From Flectonema sp. DT1601 (Eukaryota), in contig OZ025805.1 in NCBI GenBank assembly GCA_964019425.1, forward strand, positions 806,001 through 870,000: 64,000 nt of DNA, written 5' to 3'. A program made the position numbers and the translations under genes. Positions 21,975-33,900 of this stretch are shown piece after piece (position 1 is the first letter of the stretch; each line of letters opens with the position of its first letter). The notes beneath the pieces were generated by a model. That model saw nothing but the letters and a program-made list of their open reading frames with translations. It was not told the origin of the DNA and ran no database searches.

Positions 21975-24290
21975 ATGCGGACAGTTCGCTCTTGCGCTGC
22001 TCTGTTGGGGCTTGCAGTTCTTTCAGAAGGTTTCCAATTCCCCTCCAACTGCGATCAAGGACATCGCTTAGTGGAAGTAGACGGCTCTGGTACTCTAACG
22101 CTAAATGGATATGGTGCTAATGAACATCGTTGTTGGTTTCTACAATGTCGTGGGGGAGACTTATCGATGACTTGGAACACTTTCTCCATGGAACAGAATT
22201 ATGATTACTTAAAGCTATCGACAGTACAGAACTACGAAGTGGGGAATCAACTGTTCAGATCATCTGCTTTGAGCACTCCGACGACTTACAACGCAAACGG
22301 TGGACACGGCGCCTTCATTGAAATGACTTCCGATGGGGGTGTGCAAGGAAGTGGGTTCCAAATGTCGTGGACGTGTAGCAACGCTGTGCAGACGGCATTC
22401 CCTCCACTCTGCTCGTCAGAACAAGTAAAGGACGTGACGACAGGCAGCGTGTCCTACGGTCCGTATGAAAACCTTCAAAGTCCTTGTTGGTACATCTCAT
22501 GTCCGTCTTCTAACACTCTGACCTTGACGTGGACTCAGTTTGATACGGAGCTGGACTACGACTTCGTAACTCTATCGAGTGTCAGCAACTTTGCGCGCAC
22601 GGAGGTATTTCGTATTTCGGGTTCCACCACTCCTTCTCCGAATGTGTTGAGTGGAACTGAAGGTGCGGTGATAGAATTTAAATCTGACAACTACGTGACA
22701 GCAAATGGATTTACTGTTCAGTGGAGTTGTGATGGACCTCCAACACCACCAACTCCAACTCCATTCCAGTTTCCAACTGCCTGCACTTCAGAATTGACGC
22801 TTGACGGAGGTCTGATGTCTGGTGTATTAGACTTCCCAGCTGGAACAGGTGAGTATAAAAATAATCGACAGGAGTGCTTCTTCTTCAGCTGTGCCGGGAA
22901 GCGCTCGACTCTGCAGTGGAATTCGTTCGACACCGAGAGCGGATATGACTTTGTTACTGGGTACTCTGTTAGTAGTGGTGTCATTGGACCTGTAATCCTC
23001 CCAGAGAGGTCAGGAGTGTCTATCCCGACTGCTACTGTTGTTGATGGTGAGGATGGAATCTTCTTGAAGTTGACTTCTGACTACAGCGTGACGAAGACTG
23101 GGTTTGAACTGAACTGGTTGTGTGAAGACACGTCAACACCACCAACTCCACCTACCCCTCCAACTCCTCCAGCATGTGGTGGTAAAAGAGTTCGTAGGGA
23201 ATGGAGAAGTCTGTCAGATGATGACAAGGCGCTGTTCTTGAAGGCGGTGACACTGTTGAAGGTACAGAATGGTGGATCTGTATTTCAGAGTGCTAAAGGA
23301 GGATACGATAAGTATCCAACTATTCACGGAAGAGACGATTTATATGTCCTCGCACACAGTACTGGAATGTTTCTACCATGGCATCGTGTGTACATTCAGA
23401 AGTTTGAGGATGACTTGCGATCTGTTGGTCCTGAGTTTGCCTGCATCACTCTACCTTACTGGGACTGGTCAATTGAAGGAGAAACGAACACCGCATGGGA
23501 CTCTGCGCTGTGGAACGGAAACAGCAACAGCGCTGGTGATTTTATTGGATTCGGTTCGACGTACAACGGAAGAACATCTGGTAACTCTTGTGATGAATCA
23601 CAGGCTCACCCTGAGGGATGCTGCGTGCAGGACGGACCATTTCGTATTGGGACCTGGGAACACTCTATTGAAGCTTCTGGAGCCATCCAGCCAGGTGGAC
23701 GTGGAGAGTGGCCATTCAACAACAAATGTTTGTTTCGTTACTTTGCCAACGACATCGTTCCAAAGAACATCCAACAACAGATGGACGAGTGGATGGGAGA
23801 GACTTCATACGGTTCATCTTCTGTGAATGGATTCAGACAGAAACTTGAAGACAGTGAACACAGTACTAATCATGCAAGGATTGGAGGATACATGATTACT
23901 AATTACAGTCCTGATGATCCAATCTTCTTTCTTCATCATTGTAATGTTGACCGTCAGTGGGCAATGTGGCAAGTCTGCCATAGATACGACGATATCTCTC
24001 ATAATGGACAATATGACAGTGCCAGTACTGGAAGTGATGGAACCACAGAGATGCTTTTTAACAATTTCTTCGACAGAGCTGCTGGTTCAACAGTCGACCC
24101 ACAACCAACACAGTGGTCGGGATACACTCCAAACAAAGTTTGGGATCTTCACCACGATGACCTTTATCAGTACTCTGGAGGACCAAAAGTAACGTACGAA
24201 ATCAACCCTTTCAATGGAGGGTCTGAATACTCAGCAAAGTGTGGAGGTGTCAACCCTGAAGGTCAGAATAATTGGTTTGTTCAGCCTTGA
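21975..24290 (+). CDS. Secreted CUB x3 + tyrosinase (type-3 copper) protein
   Basis: Signal peptide; three CUB-like units (Y.N...C.W/F; F..E..YD(Y/F); SD..V...GF...W); PTPPTP linkers; RVRREWRSLS; CuA IHG..AH..FLPWHR; LPYWDW; CuB EHSTNH..SPDDPIFFLHHCNVDR. Confidence 0.9.
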   Translation: MRTVRSCAALLGLAVLSEGFQFPSNCDQGHRLVEVDGSGTLTLNGYGANEHRCWFLQCRGGDLSMTWNTFSMEQNYDYLKLSTVQNYEVGNQLFRSSALSTPTTYNANGGHGAFIEMTSDGGVQGSGFQMSWTCSNAVQTAFPPLCSSEQVKDVTTGSVSYGPYENLQSPCWYISCPSSNTLTLTWTQFDTELDYDFVTLSSVSNFARTEVFRISGSTTPSPNVLSGTEGAVIEFKSDNYVTANGFTVQWSCDGPPTPPTPTPFQFPTACTSELTLDGGLMSGVLDFPAGTGEYKNNRQECFFFSCAGKRSTLQWNSFDTESGYDFVTGYSVSSGVIGPVILPERSGVSIPTATVVDGEDGIFLKLTSDYSVTKTGFELNWLCEDTSTPPTPPTPPTPPACGGKRVRREWRSLSDDDKALFLKAVTLLKVQNGGSVFQSAKGGYDKYPTIHGRDDLYVLAHSTGMFLPWHRVYIQKFEDDLRSVGPEFACITLPYWDWSIEGETNTAWDSALWNGNSNSAGDFIGFGSTYNGRTSGNSCDESQAHPEGCCVQDGPFRIGTWEHSIEASGAIQPGGRGEWPFNNKCLFRYFANDIVPKNIQQQMDEWMGETSYGSSSVNGFRQKLEDSEHSTNHARIGGYMITNYSPDDPIFFLHHCNVDRQWAMWQVCHRYDDISHNGQYDSASTGSDGTTEMLFNNFFDRAAGSTVDPQPTQWSGYTPNKVWDLHHDDLYQYSGGPKVTYEINPFNGGSEYSAKCGGVNPEGQNNWFVQP

Positions 24291-24910
24291 GAATCTTTCA
24301 CGTAATTAAAAAAAAAAAAAAAAAAAGGAAAATGAAAAAACATTCCAAGAGCGGGTAGCAGTTCTTTCTTAGAATACGAGGTAGGTTACGTTACAGTTGT
24401 CAACCGCCTGTGATTTGTATCACGGTAATGACTTGCTTGCAGGACGTAAACACTCTGAATATAGAGACTGGGCAGCTATGCAACTTGTTCCGCACTTTCT
24501 ATTAGAATGTTTCATATTTATTAATCATTTAATTTTAATTTTTTGAATTTTTTGTTTTCTTCTTCTTCTTCTTCTTATTTTTTTTTTTTCATTCACATCA
24601 ACGCCTCGGATTCATTTTCCGCTTCTGCGTTAGCGGCAATTACGTCTTCTTGTTGACCAAAAGAGTTCTGTCTTCTTTTTTATTGCTTTTTTTTTTTTCT
24701 TGCACATTGCAAGAACAGAAAAAAAAAAAAAAAAAAAAAAAAAGAACGACTAACTTTTTTTATTTTCATCCCTCTCTCCTTTAACTTTCTGTTTGTGGTC
24801 ATAAATGGCTATCAGACGGTTGGTGTTATTTTTTTTTAATTAAAAGACTGAAAAACTTTTTAAAACAAATAATTTTTTCTAAACAGAACACATCCTGCGA
24901 TGCTCAAAAT

Positions 24911-27900
24911 ATGATTTCGAATGGTAATCCGGAGGTAGTGTTATTGAACGATGATCATTTATTTACTCCTTTGCTCACTTGGGTTGCTGGTATCGTTCAT
25001 CTAAGATGTGTTGACGAACTTGTTGAGAAGGAATTCATGAGAGCCCCACCGCCTGCAGCTGTATCCGGGTCAGCAGGCAGAGTCATGAGTCGAATTCAAA
25101 AGGAAGAAGGAAAGAGTGGGATCAGTTCGCTCGGATCTGATTATTTACGAAGAGCACATAAATGTCTCCTCGACAACATCATTAAACCCAGCAACGGACT
25201 TCCTCCAGAACAATATTGCGCAAAGCATCAAATTGTTAGAAATTCCTTCTTGCTGAGATATCAAAAAGAAACTCTCGATAACAAAAGAAGACGTGCCTTG
25301 GAATGCATCCTTTTATTAGGTGTTGGCTTCTCTAGTATATTAGATTTACTGCTAGCGATGTATTGTTATATCGACGCTCCATCCATTCCAGTTAAGAATG
25401 AAACCATCAAAGTGCTTGATAATTGGTCAAAAGGTTTAGGTCAACAACTTCAGGTACCAAGTTTGTGTTGTGATGTATTCCCATTTTTATGTTTTCACTT
25501 ATCAGTAATGGTGAATAGTTGTGATCCAATGCTGGAATGCTATCACAGTGATGTGTTGATTATGACTTGTCATTCTGTTAAAAGGTTAATGGCGAATACA
25601 TCAACACCGGCATTTGACGACTGTCTTGGTACGCTAATCCAATTCTTAAGATTCTTATGTTTTAGAATCACGAAGGTTTCCTGGATAAGTCCAACATACT
25701 TACCAGCGGTTCCGAGTAGCAGAGTTGACGAAGTATTTTGTTACATGCCGTCAGAACCTCCGCTTTCAATGAGAGAATCTTTATGTCAAGTTGCTCGTGT
25801 TTTAGACTTGGCGTTTCCATACATCGTATCCCAACTGAGTTACTGTCCAAAAGGTAACGCGATTTGCTTATCCTTATGTGAAGGTCAAAGTCTCTGTTTT
25901 CCTTTTAGAGTAGTTGAGCATTCCGCTAGAAGTTTGGCATTGCTAAGTCAGTTAAAGGGTGATACGACTCGTTTTTGTCGTCCTCATCTCGTCGTTGATC
26001 AGATAACAAAACAAAAATCATTACTCAGAGGAGTGTCGCAGTACTTAGCAACTGCTAGGACTGGTGAGGCAGTTCCGGAAATAATTTCACTTTGTCTTGA
26101 AAGGTTAGGAGATCCAGACTGGAGTGGATCATGTCTAAGAATATTATCATCGTGGCTACAGGCTGTTGGAAAGGAAGCTGCTAAGACTTTAGGAAATCCA
26201 GAATCGAATGCTAAGACAGACAGAGATCAAAACCATCCGATTTCACACTTAGCTGAGGTACTAATTCTTTCTATTGAATACGCCACGCATGAGATGAGTG
26301 ACGCTCATTTTTCAATAATTGCTCACATCTTGGGACTGCATGTTAAATTGTTATCACCTGTTTTAGACTTAGGCAAATCAAGATCATCATACCCAGCTGA
26401 TAATGTAGGATGTAGCGTTAAACTTCAACTAGCTTCTGATACCGTGTGTCAGTTAGATTCGCTTCTTAGATTAATTTTCGAGGACTTGGCAAGTCCAGTT
26501 TCTGTTCCGATCATTGATTCCCGAACCACAACGACTACGAATATAACATCTGGAGATTGGGAAGGGACTAAGGATAATGTTTTTATAGCAACCAGAGTGA
26601 TTCACGTAACTGGTAGAAGTGTCTTAACAGTCAGGCTTCCTGAATTAAAATCAAAACGACAACTATCTGGAACAGTAGAACTCCTCAGTACATCAGGTAA
26701 TACTATACATGATAAAGTTGTTCACCGCGCTGTCATCTCTGAAACAGTTAGAACCGTATTGATAATGTTGGATGTGCCAACTGTTGTAGACGTTCACAGT
26801 ATTCCATATAAAGTAGTACTGACATTACCGACAATGATTACGGGTATTTCTGTTTTATTGATCAGCCTGCCTGTTAGTATTTCACCGGCAACGGAATGCC
26901 TTGTTTTGTCGGCGTGGATTTCAGGATTTGCAGTTTCAAGCGCTCTCACATTATCGAGGTGTGGGTTGTCTGAGTGTGAGAGAAGATCAATGCAAACGTT
27001 GCAAAGCTCTCCTTTATTTAGATATGGATTGGTTCAAAGTAGTTGCTCAACAGTTCGTAAGGCTTCAACAATAATGTCATTATTGGTACCAATCGAAGCT
27101 ATTGACGAACCCATGGATATGAATCCAGTTTGTCAGTTGACCTTAGTGTCTCAAAATGAAGAGATAAATACCTTTCTAACAGACTTAGCTCTTGGACAAG
27201 GAGCTGCATTAAAACTTGATGAAAGACTTCGACCGAGACATTCACCATCTGCTTCACTTGAGAGCTCAGCAATAAGAACAACAGTTGCAGCTGCTTTGAA
27301 ACATAGCCCTCAAAGACTTGTTAACCTCGCCATCACATTGTCATCTGATCCGACTATTGAAGTGGTTCCTGAACTGTTAGAAATGTGGAATACCATCTCA
27401 CGCGCAATAACTGTTACGCTAATTCAACATAAGCAGACTTGGCACTTAGCCAGCTACGATGACTTGGCTAGTTGTATTGCTACTCGTGCTAGACTAGTAC
27501 TGAGATGTGAATATTATGCACATGAAGAACATACACCAAGACCAAGTCTAAGGAGGAGTTCATTATTTAATATGCTACCAACATGTCCTGCGACTGGTGT
27601 TGATAATTATGATTCTTGTGAGAGACCAGTTGGAGGATCAATGTTATCTCGTCCGTCACTTGAAGGACAGCTTACGGGATTGACGGATGAATGTTTACAA
27701 TTTGTGATTCCTCATATTCCACCACCAGAACAACCTCTTGGACTCAGTGATTTGACTGCTCCTATGGCTGAGCTTCCAGCGTTAGTCCGTCAGAGAATCG
27801 ATGCAGCCAAGGAACAAGTTCATGAAATATTCACAACTCTTATCCAACGAGATGAACGTGCTCTTCATTGCCTCGCTGCCTTTCGCTTTGCAAGCCGAAC

Positions 27901-30900
27901 TGCAGCATATCAACCAGACCTCCTAGACCTCGATACTGTTTCTTTATCATTCCCAAAAACCAACGCAAAAAACCAACTCAGCAACACTCAAATAAGAAAA
28001 CAAAGACACAGCCTGTGGTTATTTTATAGAAGTATCTTTATATCAATGTTGGGAATACTTTGTAAAAATGCCTTAGGGAGGTGTACCAAAGTAGACAACT
28101 ACCATCCGCTTTGCTTCTTAGAAGGTGTTGGGAAGGGTGACACGTATTCGTTGAGAGCGTCGTTGGCTACTATTTGTAAATCTATTTTGTCAGGGGGGAT
28201 AACTGATGAAGCCCTGAGTTGGATATCTTTTGACATCACACCAAGTGATGTGGATTGGATCTCGTATACGGGGTTGCTCTCTCAATTGTTTTTAATGATT
28301 CACGCGACTCAGATTACTTCTCGACGTCAACTCGCAACCAGATGCGCTTATCTGATTAAAAGACTCTCAGTTAGAGCTGCGGTGATATTATCAAATTGGA
28401 GTAAATGGCAAATCACGATCAGGGATTCCGATGAGTGTAAAGAAAAATTACATTCTCTTCTTACGGAAAGTGTTGTTGGTCTTTGTGGATTAATTAGTAC
28501 GTCCGAAAATAGTTTAAATCACGAGATTGCAGCAGTTGCCTTTGATACAATAACACAATTAGAGCAATTTAGTGAACTGACTGGTCAACTTATCCTAACT
28601 GAAGTTACTACTACTTTACTTGTATCGGCTGCGACTCACTCAAATATTCACATTCCAAGAAAAGCAGTCATCTTATCATGTCGAAGACTTGTTTCAATTA
28701 TCGCGAAGTATCGAAGCACAAGTTCAATTCCCTCTCTCAATCGAAAACAGTTTAGAACAGACACAGATGAAGCTTTACAACTACTAAATGTGATTATTCC
28801 TTCATTAGGTGCTGCACAGTTATTGCAGTACGACGTCAAGGCAGACGATGCAACGGGCAGGAATGACAGTTCAGAAGGAGCCTTTACAGGAATAACTGAA
28901 CTACTGTCATCCCCTTTAGAATACACGAATACGATTGTTCAGATCTTAAAAGACGGATTGGCTAATCCTGACTTTAGGAAGTCGAGTATTGTAAAAAATT
29001 GTTTTGAAAATTTGTGGAAGAATGCGGCTCAGGCATCGACAGTTTTAGCAAACGCGAGAGTGTGTTCAAAAATAAGTGAAAAACTGTTGACTTGTTTAGG
29101 TGCTTTGACTCTACTATCTGGATCTACTCTGCTCCCTGTTCCGGGAGATGTTATTGAGGTCTGGAAAGGAAATCCTGACCACGTTGAGTGTTGTGGAGGG
29201 GAATATAACTTAGTGAATGGAACCAGTCCACACACAGTTGGGTATTGGGAAGCAGCGAGAGTCACTGCTCTAGACTACGCAAGTGGGTGTGTGTCGACAT
29301 CTGTTCTTAGTGATGACTCACTAGAAAGGTCTACTAGTACTCCTTTAAGCTCGATTAGACCTTGTGAGAAGGATGTCATCTTATTGGCTGGTATCAAATA
29401 TTTTGAGACAAGCCATTTTGAATTACTAATCCAAGTATTGGACTATTCAGAAATTATTTCATCTAGTCTGTACATGTCACTCATTGCGAATGACATAATA
29501 TACAAAACGGTGATGCTGTCGGCAACGGCTGTGAGATCATCTCCTGTCCCTTTGACAATTCCTCCATCAACTATAGAACACATTGCCAGTACAGGTAGCA
29601 CGCCTGTTGAATATAAATATTTTTTAACTCTTCAAAATTCAATTTTTTCTCAAAATTCGTGTTCACGTGTTCAAAGTGGTTGTAACAAAATATTGCAACC
29701 TCGATTCACCTGTGTTCACTGCAATATAAAGGGACTTTGTTTGTATTGTGCTATAAAGTGTCACAGTAAACAAGGTCATTCTGTAGTCGAAACAGACTCA
29801 AGGAAATCAGACGTTCAAGAACAGAAATTTCATTGTCAATGTACAGAAATTGGTTGTTTGGCACTAAAAGAAGATATCCATGCGAGTAAGCCGACAGCCT
29901 TTGATGAAACAGGTGTGACTTTAATGAGAGGGTTGCCATTACTGCAAATCGTGCAACAGATTGAAAGTAACAATAGCTCTCCAACGAACACTAAAGGCAA
30001 CAACATCGGTCATGACAATGTCGGAGTTGGACAGAAATTTGCTGACGACGAAACAGCGTATTCTAAAAGACCGGTTCCTTATTTAAATTTATCGACATCA
30101 GAACTACTTTACCGAATGGAATCAGACCTCTTAGCATGCGCTAAACGATCAACCATCGTTTGCGATAGAATCCGACAAAGTGTTTTATACGTACCGTCGC
30201 CAGGTGACATTGCGTTATATACGTCTGCTGAGTGTAATGCTACGCCGGTTGTAATAAAGTCACTCTCAGGTTCAAATAAAGCGATTGTTTGTATTAAAAG
30301 GGATTATTTATTAGTTTTTCAGTACGTTTTAGTGTCTCAGTTGCAACCGTTGAGGGATTTGAATGGCGATCCTGTTGTCGTATCGTCAGTTCCGAATGTT
30401 GTACTCGCATCATTGCAGAGAAGGGTAAAATTATCGATATTGAGATTGTTTATGTCTGTGGCTACATCTGTTAATTCACTGACTGCTTGTACTTATTTGT
30501 CACTTGCAAGTTCGAATAAAGTTTCTCAGAATTCTAAGACCTGTCTTCTTAATGTCATTCATTTGTTAGCTCCACAAGTTACCTTCGCTGCTTGTGATCC
30601 AGTTGTTCCTCCAGACTTACAATATTGTATTGATCAGTTGCCAGTGTCGGTGGCTCAAGAGGTGCTCAAACTTTTAAAAATCGACTTATCGCAACACTTA
30701 TTAGCACCACCTACAATACTACCTACCCACTCAGATAAGATACATTGTGAAGGTAATTCTCGAGTCATTGTAATGGCGAAACCAGATTTTCACACCAGAG
30801 CAACAGTAGTGTCTTTCAGTAATGACCCTGAAGGTAACGACGTACTTCATACGATTACAGCAAAGGATGTTCAGGACTCTGCAGAATGTGTTTTTGTGGT

Positions 30901-33900
30901 TCTTCCGGTAGCGGTAAAGTCTTCAATTTATTTTAAAGTTAGAAAAAGGAATGCTCCGTCATCCAATGACGATAACCCTTTTTGGGTATTATCACTAGAG
31001 GATAGTTCTACTTTGAAATACTACAGACAAGCACTGCTTGCTTCTCTGTTGATTGAGAAAATTTCTGTTGTCCCACTTTTGGTTCGGTCGGATGAAGTTT
31101 CTCAAAATCAATTTAACGATGTCGTCAGTGAGAAGGAATTATCAAAAAATGGTTGTCGGGATAACGTTGAGATTGCAGTGCAGTCTTCACAAGAGCAATC
31201 ACGCAAAGAGAATGTTTGTGTAGAGAACAGAGAAAAGGAAATCATCTCACATCTTGATCCAACTCAGAAGAGCGGATCACTTGTGACGGTAGCTTCCCTT
31301 TCACTTGATAATCAAAATGACTCCCCAACACAGTTAGAAATGCTTGAGAAGATTCCTGCTGTAGAGAACAACAACGGAGTAGCTGTTGTCACACCTGAGT
31401 GTGGATCAAGTGATCGAGTTATGACTCCTTCCTTGTCACCAAATCCAAGTCCGTTGGCAACATTCGCTCTTCCAGTAAGTCCTCCTTTGAGAATAGAACG
31501 TTGTCGGAGTGGGTCTCTACCATCAGCATCATCATCCCCACGTCTCTTCGCACCCTGTTTGCCTCAAAATAGTTTTCAGAATTCACCTGTTGGTAGTTTT
31601 TCAAATCCTGAAATGGGTGAGACGGGAAGAGGATCGGACAGATCTTCACCAGAAATGCCTATTCCCTTAATAGACAGTGATATCCTGATATCACCGGTTG
31701 AACAGTTGGCTGACGACAATGAGGATTATATTGACAATAAAGACTTGTCAGATTCATCGAATGACACCCCTGCAAACAATTCAAAAACTGATGGAACTGA
31801 CTACCAACAATCTGTCTCATCACCCAAAGTAACAATATCACCGTCAATTGATAAATCAGAATACTTGTTGACTGATTCTCAAATGGAAAAATTATTCGGA
31901 ACTCTATCACCAGAAGAATTACTCGAAGAGTACAATCACGTCCTACTGTCGTGGGCTGTTGCCATGGAATTACTTAAGTTCCCTGCTGGTGTATTCACGG
32001 GATCAATTGCTGGTTCAATGACATTCTTATTTAGAAAAATTGCACACCTAACTAAGATGATGACTGAACCAACATCAAACACTGTACTTGAGGATCTTTT
32101 ATTAATCAGAGTGAACTCTGCTTTATTATGTCCTGATGTCTCTGGTTCTAATAATCGACGTATTGATCCGTACTCACTGTCAACAGATTCATCATTCTTT
32201 AGACTTGTGAGTCTTCTTGCATGTGCAAGGAGATACCTTCTTGGTGATGTTTGCTCAAATACTATTGAAAACGCTGGAGGTGGATCAACTTGTGTATTTT
32301 GGAATAAGAATGGTCGTAGATGCTGTTGTAGTTGCGCTGTTCGCTATGCGTTCGAAGGTACTCCAGCAACAGATGAAATCATCACTACTGGATACGGTAA
32401 GAGAGGTGTGTGTGAATTTCAAATAGCTACTGAATTTCAATGGATGACAGACAGTTGTAAAGACAAGCTACGTCCATCAGTACCTTCATACACACCTTGT
32501 TTTCTTAATTGGGATCCAAGCATGACTGATTGGGAACAAGGAGTACAATTGTTAGACAGCTTGGTTACTTTATTTCCATACCTTGATTACTTTGGTAATG
32601 CAATTAGTGAAAGTGAAGGTGGAATCAAACAAATGGCTGTAGCAGAGAGATACACGTCACCAATATCAGAATGGAGCGTCAACGATATGTCTGCTTGCTT
32701 AACAAGGCAGCATCGAGTTTTCGAAACAGAGCATCCGTGTGAGTTTCTCGACTTAGAAAGTGAAGTTCGTTTTGATGGCGCGTCTTGTATTTATATTCAA
32801 TTTGCTGTTGAATGTTTCTTACCTGAATGTGATAAAATAACAATTAAGACGAGTGAAACCAGTGAGAGTGTTTTATTATCGGTGTCTCCTTCGACTGTAA
32901 GTGGTCTTACGATTGTTGTTCCGGGTGATACAGTGTATTTTAAACTAATTCAAGAACCGATGTGTCATCTGGGGATATCTTGTGATCATTGTTCAGGAGA
33001 AATTCGTGGTTTGCGTTTTGCATGTACTGCTTGTTCTGCTAATTATTGTGAACGTTGTGCTCCAATAGCATGCCATCCAGTTAATCACGTGTTTCTTAGA
33101 TTACGTCGTCCAATTAATCATCCTACACCAACGTTACCAGAGTTGTATCCAGCTGATCACATTCATTCAGCTTTATTCGTTAGAGGTCACCACCATGATA
33201 CTCGTTGTGATCGATGCTTTGTAGCACCCATAACAGGAATTGCGTGGAAGTGTTTAAACTGCCCGCAGTATCATTTGTGTTCTAAATGTGGTAAACATGA
33301 GTATTTATGTCACGATAGAAATCATGTGTTCTTAATGTTGACGAGACCCTTTCCGAGATTGTATGGAAATTATTACAGTCCGTCGATAACATTTGATTCA
33401 CTTTATGAGTCTAACCACTGGGGTGTTTATTTTACTGTTTATACAGCTGCTCGTCCTGAACCAGAGAAAGTTGCTATTATAAAAAAGAATATTAAAGCAA
33501 GTGTAAGCACTGGATGGGATCCAGCTCAAGATCAACAGCTGCTAAGTGTAGTTGAATCGAACTATCCGTTGTTGGGAACTCTAGATGAGCCATCATTGGC
33601 ATTGTTGCTTTCTCCGGAAGAGTTAGGGGGAAAGACTCCTCACACTTGCAGGTTCCGTTATTGCTTTATTCGAATGTTGAATAAAAAAATTTTAAAATGC
33701 CTTCCATACTTAAACCCGGCTGATACTCATCCAGGCAACATTCTCGCTGCTAAACTCCGAGACGTCCGACACGTCGTTTCTGCTTCAATCAAAGCAATGT
33801 TATTAAGTTCATCAACCAAACCACAAAGAGCAAGTAGGGAATCACATAAGATTGAAGTTCTAGTAAAGAGACTAAATCAAGAATGTTCATCATTTAAACA

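Noticed and set aside
24818..24886. Possible 5' UTR intron (gttggt..aaacag) before the HECT gene
   Set aside because: The composition fits, but there is no reading-frame test and the donor deviates from the consensus; RNA data would be needed.
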